This document shows, piece by piece, positions 36,055 through 46,629 of a stretch of 64,000 nucleotides of DNA; positions within the stretch are counted from its first letter, which is position 1, and each line of letters begins with the position of its first letter. Location of the stretch: NCBI GenBank assembly GCA_963750165.1, contig CAVVPN010000012.1, positions 800,001 to 864,000 on the forward strand, written 5' to 3'. The translations under genes were made by a program, and so were the position numbers. The stretch is from an uncultured Gemmataceae bacterium (GTDB lineage: Bacteria > Planctomycetota > Planctomycetia > Gemmatales > Gemmataceae). The notes beneath the pieces are model-generated. The model did no database searches and was not told the origin of the DNA. It saw only the letters and a program-made list of their open reading frames with translations.

Positions 36055-36129
36055 TTACCCCGTACCATCCAAGCTCTACGGCTGTTGTAGACCCGGAGAG
36101 CGGTAATTTCCTTGAGAAGGGGTGGGGCC

Positions 36130-36558
36130 ATGTCCGCTTCCGAAACCATTTACGAGACGGTAGTGAGGGTGCTGGTGGAATCGCTGAACGTGGACGAAGA
36201 GGACCTCACGCCGACCATCACCCTGAAAGGCGACCTGGGCGCGGAGTCCATCGACTTTCTGGACCTCCTGTTTCGCCTGGAGCGCGAGTTCGGCATCAAG
36301 ATTCCGCGCGACGAATTGTTCCCCGAGTCGCTTTTCCAGGGCGACCCAGACTTCGTGCGGGACGGCCGGGTGACCGACCAGGGCATGGAGGAGTTGCGAT
36401 CGCGCATGCCCTACGCGGACCTGGAGGCCCTTGATCGAGACCGACGGTTGAGCGCCGTCGCCGACCTGTTCACTGTCGGCCTGATGGCCCGGTACGTGGC
36501 GTGGAAGCTCGGCCAGCCGCAGTCCCAAAGTGAGCCTCCTGCCTACCTCCAGTCGTAA
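36130..36558 (+). CDS. Acyl carrier protein, long form with internal extension
   Basis: DLGAESIDFLDLLFRLEREFGIKIP phosphopantetheine-site motif; extension before LFTVG. Confidence 0.85.
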   Translation: MSASETIYETVVRVLVESLNVDEEDLTPTITLKGDLGAESIDFLDLLFRLEREFGIKIPRDELFPESLFQGDPDFVRDGRVTDQGMEELRSRMPYADLEALDRDRRLSAVADLFTVGLMARYVAWKLGQPQSQSEPPAYLQS

Positions 36559-36672
36559 TCGTTCAAGGTCCGAGGCCGCAGACCCGATATAATCACTACC
36601 ACCGCGCGCCCAGAAGATGACTCCACTGGACACCCTGCACAAACCTGGGAAATTGAGAGATCCAGGGAACCG

Positions 36673-38304
36673 ATGGTTTGCCCGGAAAGTGGAGTGTGTC
36701 ACCGCCGCAGCCCTGGGGGCCTGACCTTGGCGACCAGTACGACCACTACCGGGCGGCTCCGTGTCGGGTGGCAGTTCGTCGGCTTCCTGCTGCTGAGCAT
36801 CACACTCGGTTGCAGCCAGGGACGCTTCCAGCGCCAGGAGGGTCTGACCCAGCGCATTCTGCCGCCGCAACCGGTCAGCGTTCCCGAAGAGCCCCCCACC
36901 GCCGGGACTCAGGCCCGACTGGGGGCTCCCCGAGCAACCAGTGAGGGGGACGCCGAACGCCCCGTGGTACAGGCATCAGCTCAGGGAATCGGGACCGGCT
37001 GTGAGCCCGCCCAGACACTCAGCCTTCCCGAGGCGATCGACACGGCTTTTCGACAACAGCCGCGCTTGCGGGTCTACCTGGAGGGCGTCGAGCAAGCCCG
37101 TCGTGCCGAGGACGTGGCATTCGCTCCGTTCTTGCCAATGGCCGTGGCGGGATACTCGGCGGGCGGCTTCAACCTGAACGCCGGCGGACTAAGCGTGATC
37201 CCGGGGGTTCCTCCCGGCTTCACGTTCATCCCCGCCCTGGGGGCCATCCCCATCGGGTTGAACATCAACACTGGCTATGAGCTGGCCGACCTGAAGTTGC
37301 AGTGGCTGATCTGTGACTTCGGCCGCCGGCTGGGCCGCTATCGTCAAGCCGGTCTCGCCGCCGACATTGCCCAGTTGCAGAGCGAGCGGGCCTATCAGAC
37401 GGTGGCCAATGAGGTGTCGGTGGCGTACTACCAGGTGCTGCGCACCCGGGCCCTGCGGAAGACCGCCCGGGACGCCGTTCGCCGCGGTGAAGACGATCTG
37501 GAGGTGGCGAAGAACCTGGAAAAAGGCGGCGCTCTGGAGAAGGAGAAGCGACTGCGGGTCGAAGTGCTGTTGTCGGAAAGTCATCGGCTGCTCGACGCCG
37601 CGGAGGGGGCGGAAACGGTGGCGGTCGCCACCCTCAACCTGGCCATCGGCCTGAACGTCAACGCCCCAACTGCCGTTCAGGAAAGCGCGGACGTGCCGCC
37701 CTTCACGCAGTCGCTGGCCGAGTGCTTGCAGACAGCGGTCGGTCTGCGCCGCGAGTTCCAGGTGGCCCGCCGCTCGATCCAGGCCGCCGACGAGGGCCGG
37801 CGCGTGGCCCAGGCCGACTTCGCCCCGCGTATCGTCGCCGAGGGCTCGCTGATCGATTTCCAGCAGTCCGATCCACGCGGCCACGCCGACCTGGCGCTCG
37901 GTTTCATCAAACTGGAGTGGGGCCTGTTTCAAGGCGGCAAACGGGTGGCCGAGTTGCGCGCGTCCGATTCCAGGATCCGCAGCGCCATGGCCCAGGCGGA
38001 GTCCATCGCGGATACCATTGCTTTCCAGGTGACGGAAGCCTATCGCAACCTGGTCACCGCGCGCCTGGGGATCGAGCGCTCGCGCCCGGCGGTGGCTCAG
38101 GCGGAAGAGAATCAGCGGCTGGTTCGCGCCCGGGCCAATGTGGGGGCCGCCACGTCCGCCGAAATCACCGACGCCGAGAGCACGCTGACCCGCGCCCAGC
38201 AAGCTTACCTCAATTCGATTCACGATTACCTCATCGCCCTGGCGCGCCTGGAATACGCGATGGGGGTCACTCCGACCCCCGGCCGCGCTCACGGCCATCA
38301 GTAG
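36673..38304 (+). CDS. TolC-family outer membrane efflux lipoprotein (true start may be slightly downstream)
   Basis: Lipobox TLGC; LSLPEAI; two OEP-like halves; ALARLEYAMG C-terminus. Confidence 0.85.
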   Translation: MVCPESGVCHRRSPGGLTLATSTTTTGRLRVGWQFVGFLLLSITLGCSQGRFQRQEGLTQRILPPQPVSVPEEPPTAGTQARLGAPRATSEGDAERPVVQASAQGIGTGCEPAQTLSLPEAIDTAFRQQPRLRVYLEGVEQARRAEDVAFAPFLPMAVAGYSAGGFNLNAGGLSVIPGVPPGFTFIPALGAIPIGLNINTGYELADLKLQWLICDFGRRLGRYRQAGLAADIAQLQSERAYQTVANEVSVAYYQVLRTRALRKTARDAVRRGEDDLEVAKNLEKGGALEKEKRLRVEVLLSESHRLLDAAEGAETVAVATLNLAIGLNVNAPTAVQESADVPPFTQSLAECLQTAVGLRREFQVARRSIQAADEGRRVAQADFAPRIVAEGSLIDFQQSDPRGHADLALGFIKLEWGLFQGGKRVAELRASDSRIRSAMAQAESIADTIAFQVTEAYRNLVTARLGIERSRPAVAQAEENQRLVRARANVGAATSAEITDAESTLTRAQQAYLNSIHDYLIALARLEYAMGVTPTPGRAHGHQ

Positions 38305-38342
38305 GGCCCGAGGAACTGGCCTGCGACCTCCTGAGTACGCAC

Positions 38343-39771
38343 ATGACAGCCGATGCACCCAAGGCGCCGCCTCCTCCCACTCCGACTGGCTCACCCCCCG
38401 TCACGGCGCCTGCATCCCACGAGCCGCGCCTGTTCCGGTGGGTCGTCTGGTGCGCCGTCGCCGGGGTGGTCATCGCGGCGGCGTACTTCGGCACGCACTG
38501 GTGGACCTACAGAGTCTCCCATTCCATCACCGACGACGCTTTCGTCGAGGCGCACATCGTCAACATCGCTCCCGAGATGGTTTCGGGCCGCATTGTCCGT
38601 TTCCTGGTCGAAGAGAACGATCAGGTCAAACAGGGTCAGCCGCTGGCGGTGATCGAACCGATCCACTACCGCGATCAGGTGGAGCAGGCGCGTGGCAAGC
38701 TCGACCTCGCCGAAGCAGAGCTGAAACGGCAGCAGGCGGGCCTCGACAAGTTCAGGAATGAGGTTCCCCTCCAGATCGGCATTTCCGGGCAGACGCTCGC
38801 CAGCGCGCAGACCGAGGCGGATCGGGCGGAAGACGCCCTGACACTCACCTACAACGAGGTCTACAAGACCATTGACGAGGCCAGGGCGGCGGTCGCGGTC
38901 GCGCAAGGCGAACTCCGTGCTCGCCAAGTCGGAGTATGACCGCTGGACGAAACTCGCCGCGCAGGACGCGACGACCAAGGTGAAAGCCGATGAGGTGAAG
39001 CGCGCGTTTGACGCAACCAGGGCCGAGAAGCGGCTGGCCGACGCCAGGCTGGCCAAGGCCGTGGCCGCCTTGACGCGGATCGAGGTCGCCGGTGCGCGAC
39101 CTGGAGATTGCCCAGACACTGGTCACCAAGGCCGGGATCGCCCTGAAGCTTGCCGAGACCGGCTACGACCAGATCAAGGAAGTCGAGCAGATGGTCGCGG
39201 TGAAACGGGAGGTGGTCAAGGACGCCCAGATCGCGCTGGACTCGGCTCGGCACACCTTCCAGTTCACGGAGGTCCGCGCCCCGTTTCCCGGCGTGGTGGT
39301 CAAGCGCTACCGCAACCTCGGAGACTTCGTGTCCCCCGGCGTCTCGATCCTGAGCATGTACAACCCGAACCTGCTCTACGTGACGGCCAACCTGGAGGAG
39401 ACACGGCTGCGCGGAGTGGCTCCCGGCAACCCGGTCGAACTGCGGCTCGATGCCTTCGACCGAGCCGTTCCAGGGCCGGGTTGTCTGGATCAACAAATCG
39501 ACCGGGGCGCAGTTCGCCCTGATGCCACGGAACGTCGTTTCCGGCGAGTTCACCAAGGTCGTGCAGCGCGTCCCGGTGCGCATCTGGATCGAGAAAGATG
39601 AACGCTGGCCGCTGCTTGCGTGCCGGTCTCTCGGCCCAGGTGGTCATCGCACACGGAGACGGGGACGCCGTCTGGGCCGAGCAGGCCGCCCGGGAGATGC
39701 GCGACCTGGAGATGCGCTACAACCAGCCGCAGTTTCCGAACCGCGGGGCTGGCCCGGGGGACCCGCCATGA
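38343..39771 (+). CDS. HlyD/EmrA-family membrane fusion protein; several frameshifts
   Basis: TDDAFVEAHIVNIAPEMVSG; VRAPFPGVV; VTANLEET; TGAQFALMP…GEFTKVVQRVPVRI; stop overlaps the next ATG (ATGA). Confidence 0.82.
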
Positions 39772-41391
39772 CCGCCACGCTGGCCCCCGCCCCCCAGGCC
39801 GCGGCGCCCGAGCCTGCGCCGGCCCCGCCGCTGCTGCTCGCGCGCCGACACTGGCTGGCGGCCCTGGCGATCCTTGTCGTCTTCTTCGCGCCCTACCAGA
39901 CGCTCGTGCAGACCGTCATCACCGACGATGCCGTGCGGAAAGGCGTCAACGTCGATGATTACGACATGACCTGGTGCAGGTCGGCTACGGTGTCGGCGTC
40001 CTGTACGGGGTGTTCACGGGACTGTGGCTGTCGGCCCGGATCGGCGCCCGCTACACCATCGCCCTGGGCCTCGTGGGTTTCGCCCTGGGCAACCTGCTGT
40101 GTGGGGCAGCGGTCGGGCTGGAGAGCCTGATCGTCGGCCGTTTCGTCGATGGCTTCGGCAAGATGATGGTGATGGGCCTCTGCCGGACCACGCTCTACAA
40201 GCAGTTTGACCGGCTGCTGCTCGTGGCCATCGGCTTCTACGGCGATCTTCGCCTACGCGACGCGCAACGCGACCCCGCTGCTCATGGCGGAGCTTGACCG
40301 TGGGGCTGTCGTGGCGGTGGATGTACTGGTTCTACGTCCCGATCGCGCTGCTGGGAGTGGTGCTCGTCTGGAAGTATCTGCGTCCCGACCGCCCGCCGCG
40401 GCCCATGCACCTGCCCATCGACTGGCTGGCCGTCACGCTTTTCATGGCCTGGGTGGTCGCGGTCGTGTTCGCCTTCAGCTGGTATCGCAAGTGGGGCGGC
40501 TGGACCTCGAACACCTTCGCCGTGACGGTCATCCTCTGCGTCACCCTGCCCGTGGTCCTGGCGGTCTGGCTCGGGTCGGGCTTCAGCCCCGACGAGCATC
40601 TGAAGCGGCTGCTGCGAACCCGCGTCTTCATCCTGTCGATGACGCTCCGCGGCCTGATGCTCACGCACCTGGTCGGCGTGCTGACAATCGTGGGCCTGTA
40701 CGCCACCGAGCTGCGCGGCTACGACCGGACCACGGCGGGCTGGCTGATGGTGCCGACCACACTGACGATGGCGAGTCACCACATTCCTGACGACCTGGTT
40801 CCACCGGCGCAGCCTGCGGCACGTCTGGCTGTTCGTGGGCGTGGTGGGGACGGCGGCGTGTGTGTGGTGGCTGTCGTCGCTGGACAACTTCACTCCGAAG
40901 GGGCACGTGGCCTTGATCCTGGCCTGCTGGGGGGCGTTCCTCGGCCTGATCCCGCCCGTCTTCCTGACCGACGAGATCGAGGGGCTGAACCCCAGGGAAT
41001 TCCTCTACGCCGGCGCCCTGGCCGTCGTCGGCCTGGTCACGCCGATCATCACGGTGCCGACGGCGACGGGGACCGATGATCAAGGCGTGGTCCGACCGGG
41101 CGCTGGACACCTACCGCCTCAACCTCAGCACCAACCGTCCCGCGGTGTCGGCAGCCGCAGGCCCGCGTCGCCGACTACTATCGACAGCGCGGACAGAGCG
41201 GGCCTGTCCTGCAGCAGGAAACCGCGACCGTCCTGGGCGGGTTCGCCACGGTCGAGAGCGTCGCCTACGGTTTCCGCCACGGCCTGCGTTTCCTGAGCCT
41301 GATGATGCTGGGGCTCGGACTGGCGATTGCCTGGCTGCTGTGGCGGGCGGCCCGGGGCTTGCGCGCGCCGCCTGGGGCCGGTTACACCTGA
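39768..41391 (+). CDS. MFS (DHA2/EmrB-like) transporter; several frameshifts
   Basis: Successive TM segments, GRFVDGFG, LSWRWMYW, IDWLAV; follows the EmrA-like gene; ends …RAPPGAGYT*. Confidence 0.78.
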
Positions 41392-41497
41392 GGTTTGCTG
41401 TTTCCCCGGCATGGTTGTTTCCTTGATTGAAACTGCTGCAAAGAAATTGGGTGGAGAAAAGCGTCTGCCCGGCAACAAGTCGAAACCGGGGGGTTGA

Positions 41498-41660
41498 CCG
41501 TTTGAGTCTGCCATTGCAAGTTTTGATGGGCTTCACGCGATCGGGGTAAGATCCATTGACTCGCAGTCATCGCGAAAAATTCGTGGCATCAAGACGCGAG
41601 CGAACTTCTTTTACAACCCCATGTGGCGCGTGTATGGTCAACAGGCAGCAGATGAAGCTG
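41498..41660 (+). pseudogene. Fragment of an endonuclease/exonuclease/phosphatase-family gene
   Basis: Start-less frame reads PFESAIASFDGLHAI…RKIRGIKTRANFFYNPMWRVYG; preceded by an in-frame stop; visibly lower GC. Confidence 0.55.
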
Positions 41661-41741
41661 CTCGTCGTGCTTATGAGGATCTTTCCTGCCGGGGTAATAT
41701 GCTTCGCCAGCATTTCACGCCTGGGACCGGCGCAGTGCTTT

Positions 41742-41820
41742 AGGAGGCGCCGAACAACAACTTCCAAGAGTAGGACGGCTCTGGAGAGCCGTCCTACGAA
41801 GTTGTTGTTCGGCGCCTCCT
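41742..41820. repeat. Composite hairpin at the 3' end of pilT (possible terminator)
   Basis: 23-bp perfect IR AGGAGGCGCCGAACAACAACTTC / GAAGTTGTTGTTCGGCGCCTCCT enclosing GTAGGACGGCTCTGGAGAGCCGTCCTAC. Confidence 0.8.
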
Positions 41821-42917
41821 TAGCGATTGAGCAAACTAACATCACGGACATTTTGTTCGGCGATCGCGCGGCTGATCTTGTTCGCCCGCCACAGCTGCCG
41901 CACCGATTCGTCAAAACTCAACATACCATCATCACGGCAGGTCAGGAGGTAGTTGTCAATGCTCTCGATCTTGCCGGTGCGGATGGCACTGGCAATGGGA
42001 AACGTGTTCCATAACACTTCCAGCGCCAGGTGCCGCTTGACCCCCTTTTCGACACCGGGGAGCAGCCGCTGGCTCACGATCGCGCGCAAACCCAGGGCCA
42101 GGAGTGCCCGCACCTCGCGCTGCGCGTCCTGCGGAAACAAATCGGCGTAGCGGCTGATGGCGCCCTTGGCGTCCCGGGTGTGCAGGCTGGTAAACACCAG
42201 ATGTCCCGTTTCCGCGGCACTGAGCGCCATCTGGGCCGTCTCCTGATCGCGGATTTCGCCCACCAGGATGATGTCCGGGTCTTGCCGCAAACCGTACTTG
42301 AGGCCGTCGGCGAAGGTCAGGACATCCGGCCCCACTTCGCGCTGCGTCACCACCGAGTTCGCCGCCCGCGGAAAGCGGTATTCCACCGGTTCCTCAACCG
42401 TGATGATGCGGTAGCCCCCGGTCTTGTTCAACAGGTTGACGAGCATCGCCAGGGTAGTGGTCTTCCCGGAACCGGTGGCGCCGGTCACGATCACCAGCCC
42501 GTCGCGCACGGAAGTCAGCCGCTGGGCCAGGTCCAACGGGAAGCTCGCCCAGGCAAAATCCGGGATGCTGGCGGGCACCACCCGCACACAGGCGCCCAGT
42601 TGCCGGCCGGTGTGGAAGACATTGGCGCGGAAGCGGCTGATGCGGCCGTTGATCACCAGGCCAAACGAAAAATCGACGTTCTTCTGGGCCTGGAGGCGAG
42701 CAAACACTTCGGGCAAACACAGGGCCGCAAGTAACTCGTGCGTCTCTTCCGCGGACAGGGGTGGCTCGGACAGTTCGGTCAGTTCGCCGTGCAAGCGCAG
42801 CACTGGTGGGTAGCCAACGATGACGTGCAGGTCCGAGGCCCCGGTTTGCACCGCACGGCTCAGCCATTTGCGAAGCTGGTCCGGAATCGGCGCCGCTTCT
42901 TGTTTCCTGTCGGTCAT
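41820..42917 (-). CDS. pilT: PilT/PilU-family type IV pilus retraction ATPase
   Basis: ASDLH; GATGSGKTTT; TVEEPVEY; QREVG; LRQDPDIILVGEIRD; AETGHLV; IASAIRTG. Confidence 0.9.
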   Translation of the reverse strand: MTDRKQEAAPIPDQLRKWLSRAVQTGASDLHVIVGYPPVLRLHGELTELSEPPLSAEETHELLAALCLPEVFARLQAQKNVDFSFGLVINGRISRFRANVFHTGRQLGACVRVVPASIPDFAWASFPLDLAQRLTSVRDGLVIVTGATGSGKTTTLAMLVNLLNKTGGYRIITVEEPVEYRFPRAANSVVTQREVGPDVLTFADGLKYGLRQDPDIILVGEIRDQETAQMALSAAETGHLVFTSLHTRDAKGAISRYADLFPQDAQREVRALLALGLRAIVSQRLLPGVEKGVKRHLALEVLWNTFPIASAIRTGKIESIDNYLLTCRDDGMLSFDESVRQLWRANKISRAIAEQNVRDVSLLNR

Positions 42918-43234
42918 GGTCGCCCTCGGGTGTTACCAAGTTCCAGGTAGAGAATCTCCGGTCCTCCGCAAGCTGCCGAGGTTGACGACTCTGGAGAGCT
43001 GTCCTACACCTCACCGCCGCTACAGCCCGCACAGGAGAAGGACGGAAGGCGAAAATATGGGGAAATTGTACCGCGCCCGCGCCCGCTGACCTGGTACATT
43101 CTCCTTCGGCGTTTTGGAACAACTCGATGCCACTATGGCAGATTTTTCAGCCAGCCTGGCCAATCGGCTGCCAAAACGACGTTCATGGCCGCGACAACCA
43201 TGCGGGCTCGGCCGAAAAACCACTGAGTGGAGTC

Positions 43235-43251
43235 TTGGCACAGGACATGCT
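43235..43251 (+). promoter_or_regulatory. Sigma-54 (-24/-12) promoter upstream of the alpha-glucan cluster
   Basis: TTGGCACAGGACATGCT with GG-N10-GC spacing; ~320 bp before the first gene. Confidence 0.55.
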
Positions 43252-43573
43252 TTCTCATAGAGACAAGATTAACCCCTGCACTTTTTGAACCCGCAGCCGG
43301 TCGTCCCTGTTACGGGGCGAATACCGCAAGAAAAGCAGGGTTCGCCGCAAAGCGCGACGCCGAAATGTTGGCGTGCGTTACTTTTGTACACCGAAATGAT
43401 TCAAAGACTCCCGTTGCCCACGGTCTTTGCAGACCCCAGGATGTTCGCGAACTGCCAATGATGGCAACACAACCTGCCTCCAAAACGTGCAGATGTTGAG
43501 CCCAGCTATGTCAGCGGGCGCTGCTCGTTCTGTTCCTACTCTCTCACCCTGGATCGCAAAAGGAGTTTGACTC

Positions 43574-44737
43574 GTGCGGATCGCATTGTTTTCATGGGAA
43601 ACCTTGCATTCCATCGCTGTGGGTGGCGTGGGGGTTCACGTCACCGAGATGGCTGCCGCCCTCGAACGCCGCGGCCATGAGGTTCACGTCTTCACCCGGC
43701 GCGGCCACAATCAGCCGGGTTACGAAAACGTCCACGACGTCCACTACCACCGCTGCCCCTTCGACCTGACGCCGAACTTCGTGGACGAAGTCAACAACAT
43801 GTGCCGGTCGTTCGTCCACCACTTCAACGCTGTTGAGGATCAGGTCGGCCGTTTCGACATCGTTCATGCACACGACTGGTTAGCGTCGAATGCCGCGGTC
43901 TGGATCAAGGAGGGCCGCCGGCACAAGGCCATCCTCACCATGCACTCGACGGAATACGGCCGCAACGGCAACCGCTTCCTCGGCGGCCAGTCCGTCCGCG
44001 TGCAGGACCACGAACGCCACGGCACCTATTGCGCGGACCGCGTCATCACGGTTTCCAACCAGCTCAAGGAGGAGATCAAGTGGCTCTACAACCTGCCTGA
44101 CCACAAGGCCCAGATGATCTACAACGGCGTGAATTCCCAGGTCTTCGACTATGAGGTCGATGCTGGCGAGATCAAGCGCCGCTACGCCATTGGCCCGTTC
44201 GATCCCACGATTCTGTTCGTCGGCCGCATGGTGGTGCAAAAGGGCCCGGACATCCTCGTCCGCACCATGCCGTCGGTGCTGCGGTACTACCCCAACGCCA
44301 AGTTCGTCTTCGCCGGCGACGGCTACATGAAGAACGAGGTCTGCGGCCTGGCCCATCACCTGGGCGTCGCGCATGCCCTGCGGATGCTGGGCGACAAGCG
44401 CGGCCGCGACCTGCACGACCTGTTCAAGGCCTGCGACGTCGTGTCGGTGCCGAGCCGGAATGAACCGTTTGGGATCGTCATCCTGGAGGGGTGGAGCGCC
44501 CACAAACCGGTGGTCAGCACCAAGCGGGGCGGCCCGGCCGAGTTCGTCTGGCATGGCGTGAACGGCTTGCAAGTGGACGACACGGTCGATTCGGTGGCCT
44601 GGGGTTTGGGCACCCTGCTGGCCGACCACAACCGCTGTCGCTGGATGGGCCGCAACGGCCGAGCGGCCGTCGATGCCGCGTTCAGCTGGGACAACATCGC
44701 CGAGCAAACCGAAGCAGTCTACGCCAGTGTGGCCTGA
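43574..44737 (+). CDS. GT4 (GT-B retaining) glycosyltransferase with intact catalytic motifs
   Basis: GGVGVHV; HAHDW; HSTEYGR; GRMVVQKG; PSRNEPFGIVILE (E-x7-E); AAGGAG RBS with GTG start. Confidence 0.9.
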   Translation: MRIALFSWETLHSIAVGGVGVHVTEMAAALERRGHEVHVFTRRGHNQPGYENVHDVHYHRCPFDLTPNFVDEVNNMCRSFVHHFNAVEDQVGRFDIVHAHDWLASNAAVWIKEGRRHKAILTMHSTEYGRNGNRFLGGQSVRVQDHERHGTYCADRVITVSNQLKEEIKWLYNLPDHKAQMIYNGVNSQVFDYEVDAGEIKRRYAIGPFDPTILFVGRMVVQKGPDILVRTMPSVLRYYPNAKFVFAGDGYMKNEVCGLAHHLGVAHALRMLGDKRGRDLHDLFKACDVVSVPSRNEPFGIVILEGWSAHKPVVSTKRGGPAEFVWHGVNGLQVDDTVDSVAWGLGTLLADHNRCRWMGRNGRAAVDAAFSWDNIAEQTEAVYASVA

Positions 44738-44757
44738 GTCATCATTGAGGATGCACC

Positions 44758-46578
44758 ATGACGATGTTCACCAACGGATTTGTTGGCTTCCCGGATGTCG
44801 AATCCATCTTGCGGCTGGCCGAGGGGGCAGCGGCCCCCGGCAAAAATGGCCACGAACCGACTGCCCGGCTTCCCCTCAGTGCTGAGTTGCTGCGCAGTTT
44901 TGCCTGGGAAATTGGCGAAACGCGGCCGGGCGATTCCTTTGTTCCGTCCGTCAATCATGTGGGTCTGGCACTGGTCGCCCCCCTTCACGGCTTCGTCCAC
45001 TGGCGCATCCTGCCCGCCTGGGTGGACCAGACCGAGCGACACAGGGGCGACGCCTGGCACAACTGTCGTCTGGTGCTGCGCCTGTACGACGTGTCCTACA
45101 TCCAGTTCAACGGTCTGAATGCCCATCACATTCAGGACCACGCGCTGCCGGGCCTGTGCGGGAGCTTCTTTTTCAAGCTGCCACGCCCTGGCACCTGGCA
45201 ACTGGCGGAGGTCGGTTTCCTGCTGCGCGGCGGCGAGTTCATTGCGGCGGCCCGCTCGCAGTCCACGCCGTTTCCGCCGGACGCTCCCTCGCCCCGTTGC
45301 AGCAACGCCGGCCTGCTGGTGGACGAGTGCCGCCACATCACGGAAGTCGGCAACGTCTGGGAACAGGAGCAAATCCTGGCCGCACGCCGCCGGCCCCGGT
45401 TGCGCCGGCCCTTGCGCATCGCGGCGTTCGCCCTGGCCTCGCCAGCTTCGGGCCAGGAGGGTTGGCTGGCCACCTTCGTTTCCGAGCTGGCCGCCGGTCA
45501 GTGCGCCCAGGGCCACGAAACCCACGTCTTTGTACCGGCCTGCGACGCATTAAACGCCTCGCGCGAGGTGGCGGGCGTTCACTACCATCCGCTGGCGGTG
45601 AGCCTGGAGGGCTCGCCGCTGGAGCAGGCGCGAACGTTCGCTCAGGTTGCAGGCCAGCGCCTGCGCGAATTTCCGCCATTTGACATCATTCATCTACACG
45701 AGTGGATGACCGCCCTGGGTCGCTGGTACGGCGATGCGGCGGCGGTTCTTTCGCTCAGTTCCATCGAGGCGACGCGGCGCGGCGACGAGGCGCCGACGGA
45801 TCAGTCGCGCGTGATCGAGGAAGCCGAGGGCGCAGCGGCCCGCGCTGCTGATTGCGTCCTGACACCGGACTGGCTCCGCAAGCGCGCATGCTTTGAACTG
45901 AGCCTTGACAGCACCCGTGTCCACGCCTTTCCGATGGAAGGGCGGATGCCCAACGAATGGGAAACGCCGCTCGATTACGGTGAGGTCAAGAAGGGCATCG
46001 GCCTCGGTCCGCTCGACCGGCTGCTGCTGTTCGTCGGGCCGCTGGAACACGCGGCCGGTGTGGATGTGCTCCTGGAGGCGCTGCCCGTCCTGCTGCAGCG
46101 CGCCGGCAATGTGCGCCTGGCTTTCGCGGGCGCGGGCAACCTGTACGGCCACCTGCATCACCGCGCCCACCAACTCGGCGTGGCCGGCGCGGTGCGCATC
46201 CTGGGCCACGTGGACGGTCCCCGAGTGACGCGGCTGGTTCGGGCCGCGGAAGCCCTGGTGTTGCCGTCGCGCTACCGGGTGCCCTTTGACGACGCGGTGG
46301 TGGACCTGGCACGGCGCGCGGGGCGGCCCGTGGTGACGACCCACGGCGGCCCGGTCCATCTCGTGCGCCACGAGGACAACGGGCTCATCACCTACGACAA
46401 CCCGGGCAGCATGGTCTGGGCCCTCGACCGGATCCTGGGCGACCCCGCGCACGCCGAGCGCATGGGCCAGCACGGCCGGCGCACCGAACAAGCTTCCGTG
46501 GTGTGGCCTGAGGTCGCAAGCCATTATCTGGATCTTTGTGCGACGCTTTTTCCTAAACTGATTGAAACGCTTTGCTGA
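44758..46578 (+). CDS. DUF4912-like domain fused to a degenerate GT4 domain
   Basis: FVHWRI…LVLRLYDVSYIQFNG…AEVGF…FIAAARS; then HLHEW and a GT-B fold lacking R/K and E-x7-E. Confidence 0.8.
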   Translation: MTMFTNGFVGFPDVESILRLAEGAAAPGKNGHEPTARLPLSAELLRSFAWEIGETRPGDSFVPSVNHVGLALVAPLHGFVHWRILPAWVDQTERHRGDAWHNCRLVLRLYDVSYIQFNGLNAHHIQDHALPGLCGSFFFKLPRPGTWQLAEVGFLLRGGEFIAAARSQSTPFPPDAPSPRCSNAGLLVDECRHITEVGNVWEQEQILAARRRPRLRRPLRIAAFALASPASGQEGWLATFVSELAAGQCAQGHETHVFVPACDALNASREVAGVHYHPLAVSLEGSPLEQARTFAQVAGQRLREFPPFDIIHLHEWMTALGRWYGDAAAVLSLSSIEATRRGDEAPTDQSRVIEEAEGAAARAADCVLTPDWLRKRACFELSLDSTRVHAFPMEGRMPNEWETPLDYGEVKKGIGLGPLDRLLLFVGPLEHAAGVDVLLEALPVLLQRAGNVRLAFAGAGNLYGHLHHRAHQLGVAGAVRILGHVDGPRVTRLVRAAEALVLPSRYRVPFDDAVVDLARRAGRPVVTTHGGPVHLVRHEDNGLITYDNPGSMVWALDRILGDPAHAERMGQHGRRTEQASVVWPEVASHYLDLCATLFPKLIETLC

Positions 46579-46629
46579 ACGGTGCGTGCAGCAGGAAAAC
46601 CGAACGGACATTTGTCCAGGAGCATTGAC

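Noticed and set aside
36588..36593. TATAAT between the ACP and TolC genes
   Set aside because: No -35 element at a suitable spacing; insufficient support.
41556..42014. ORFs 41556..42014 (+) and 41567..41914 (-)
   Set aside because: They overlap pilT and the hairpin and show no motifs; a different frame explains the region as a nuclease fragment.
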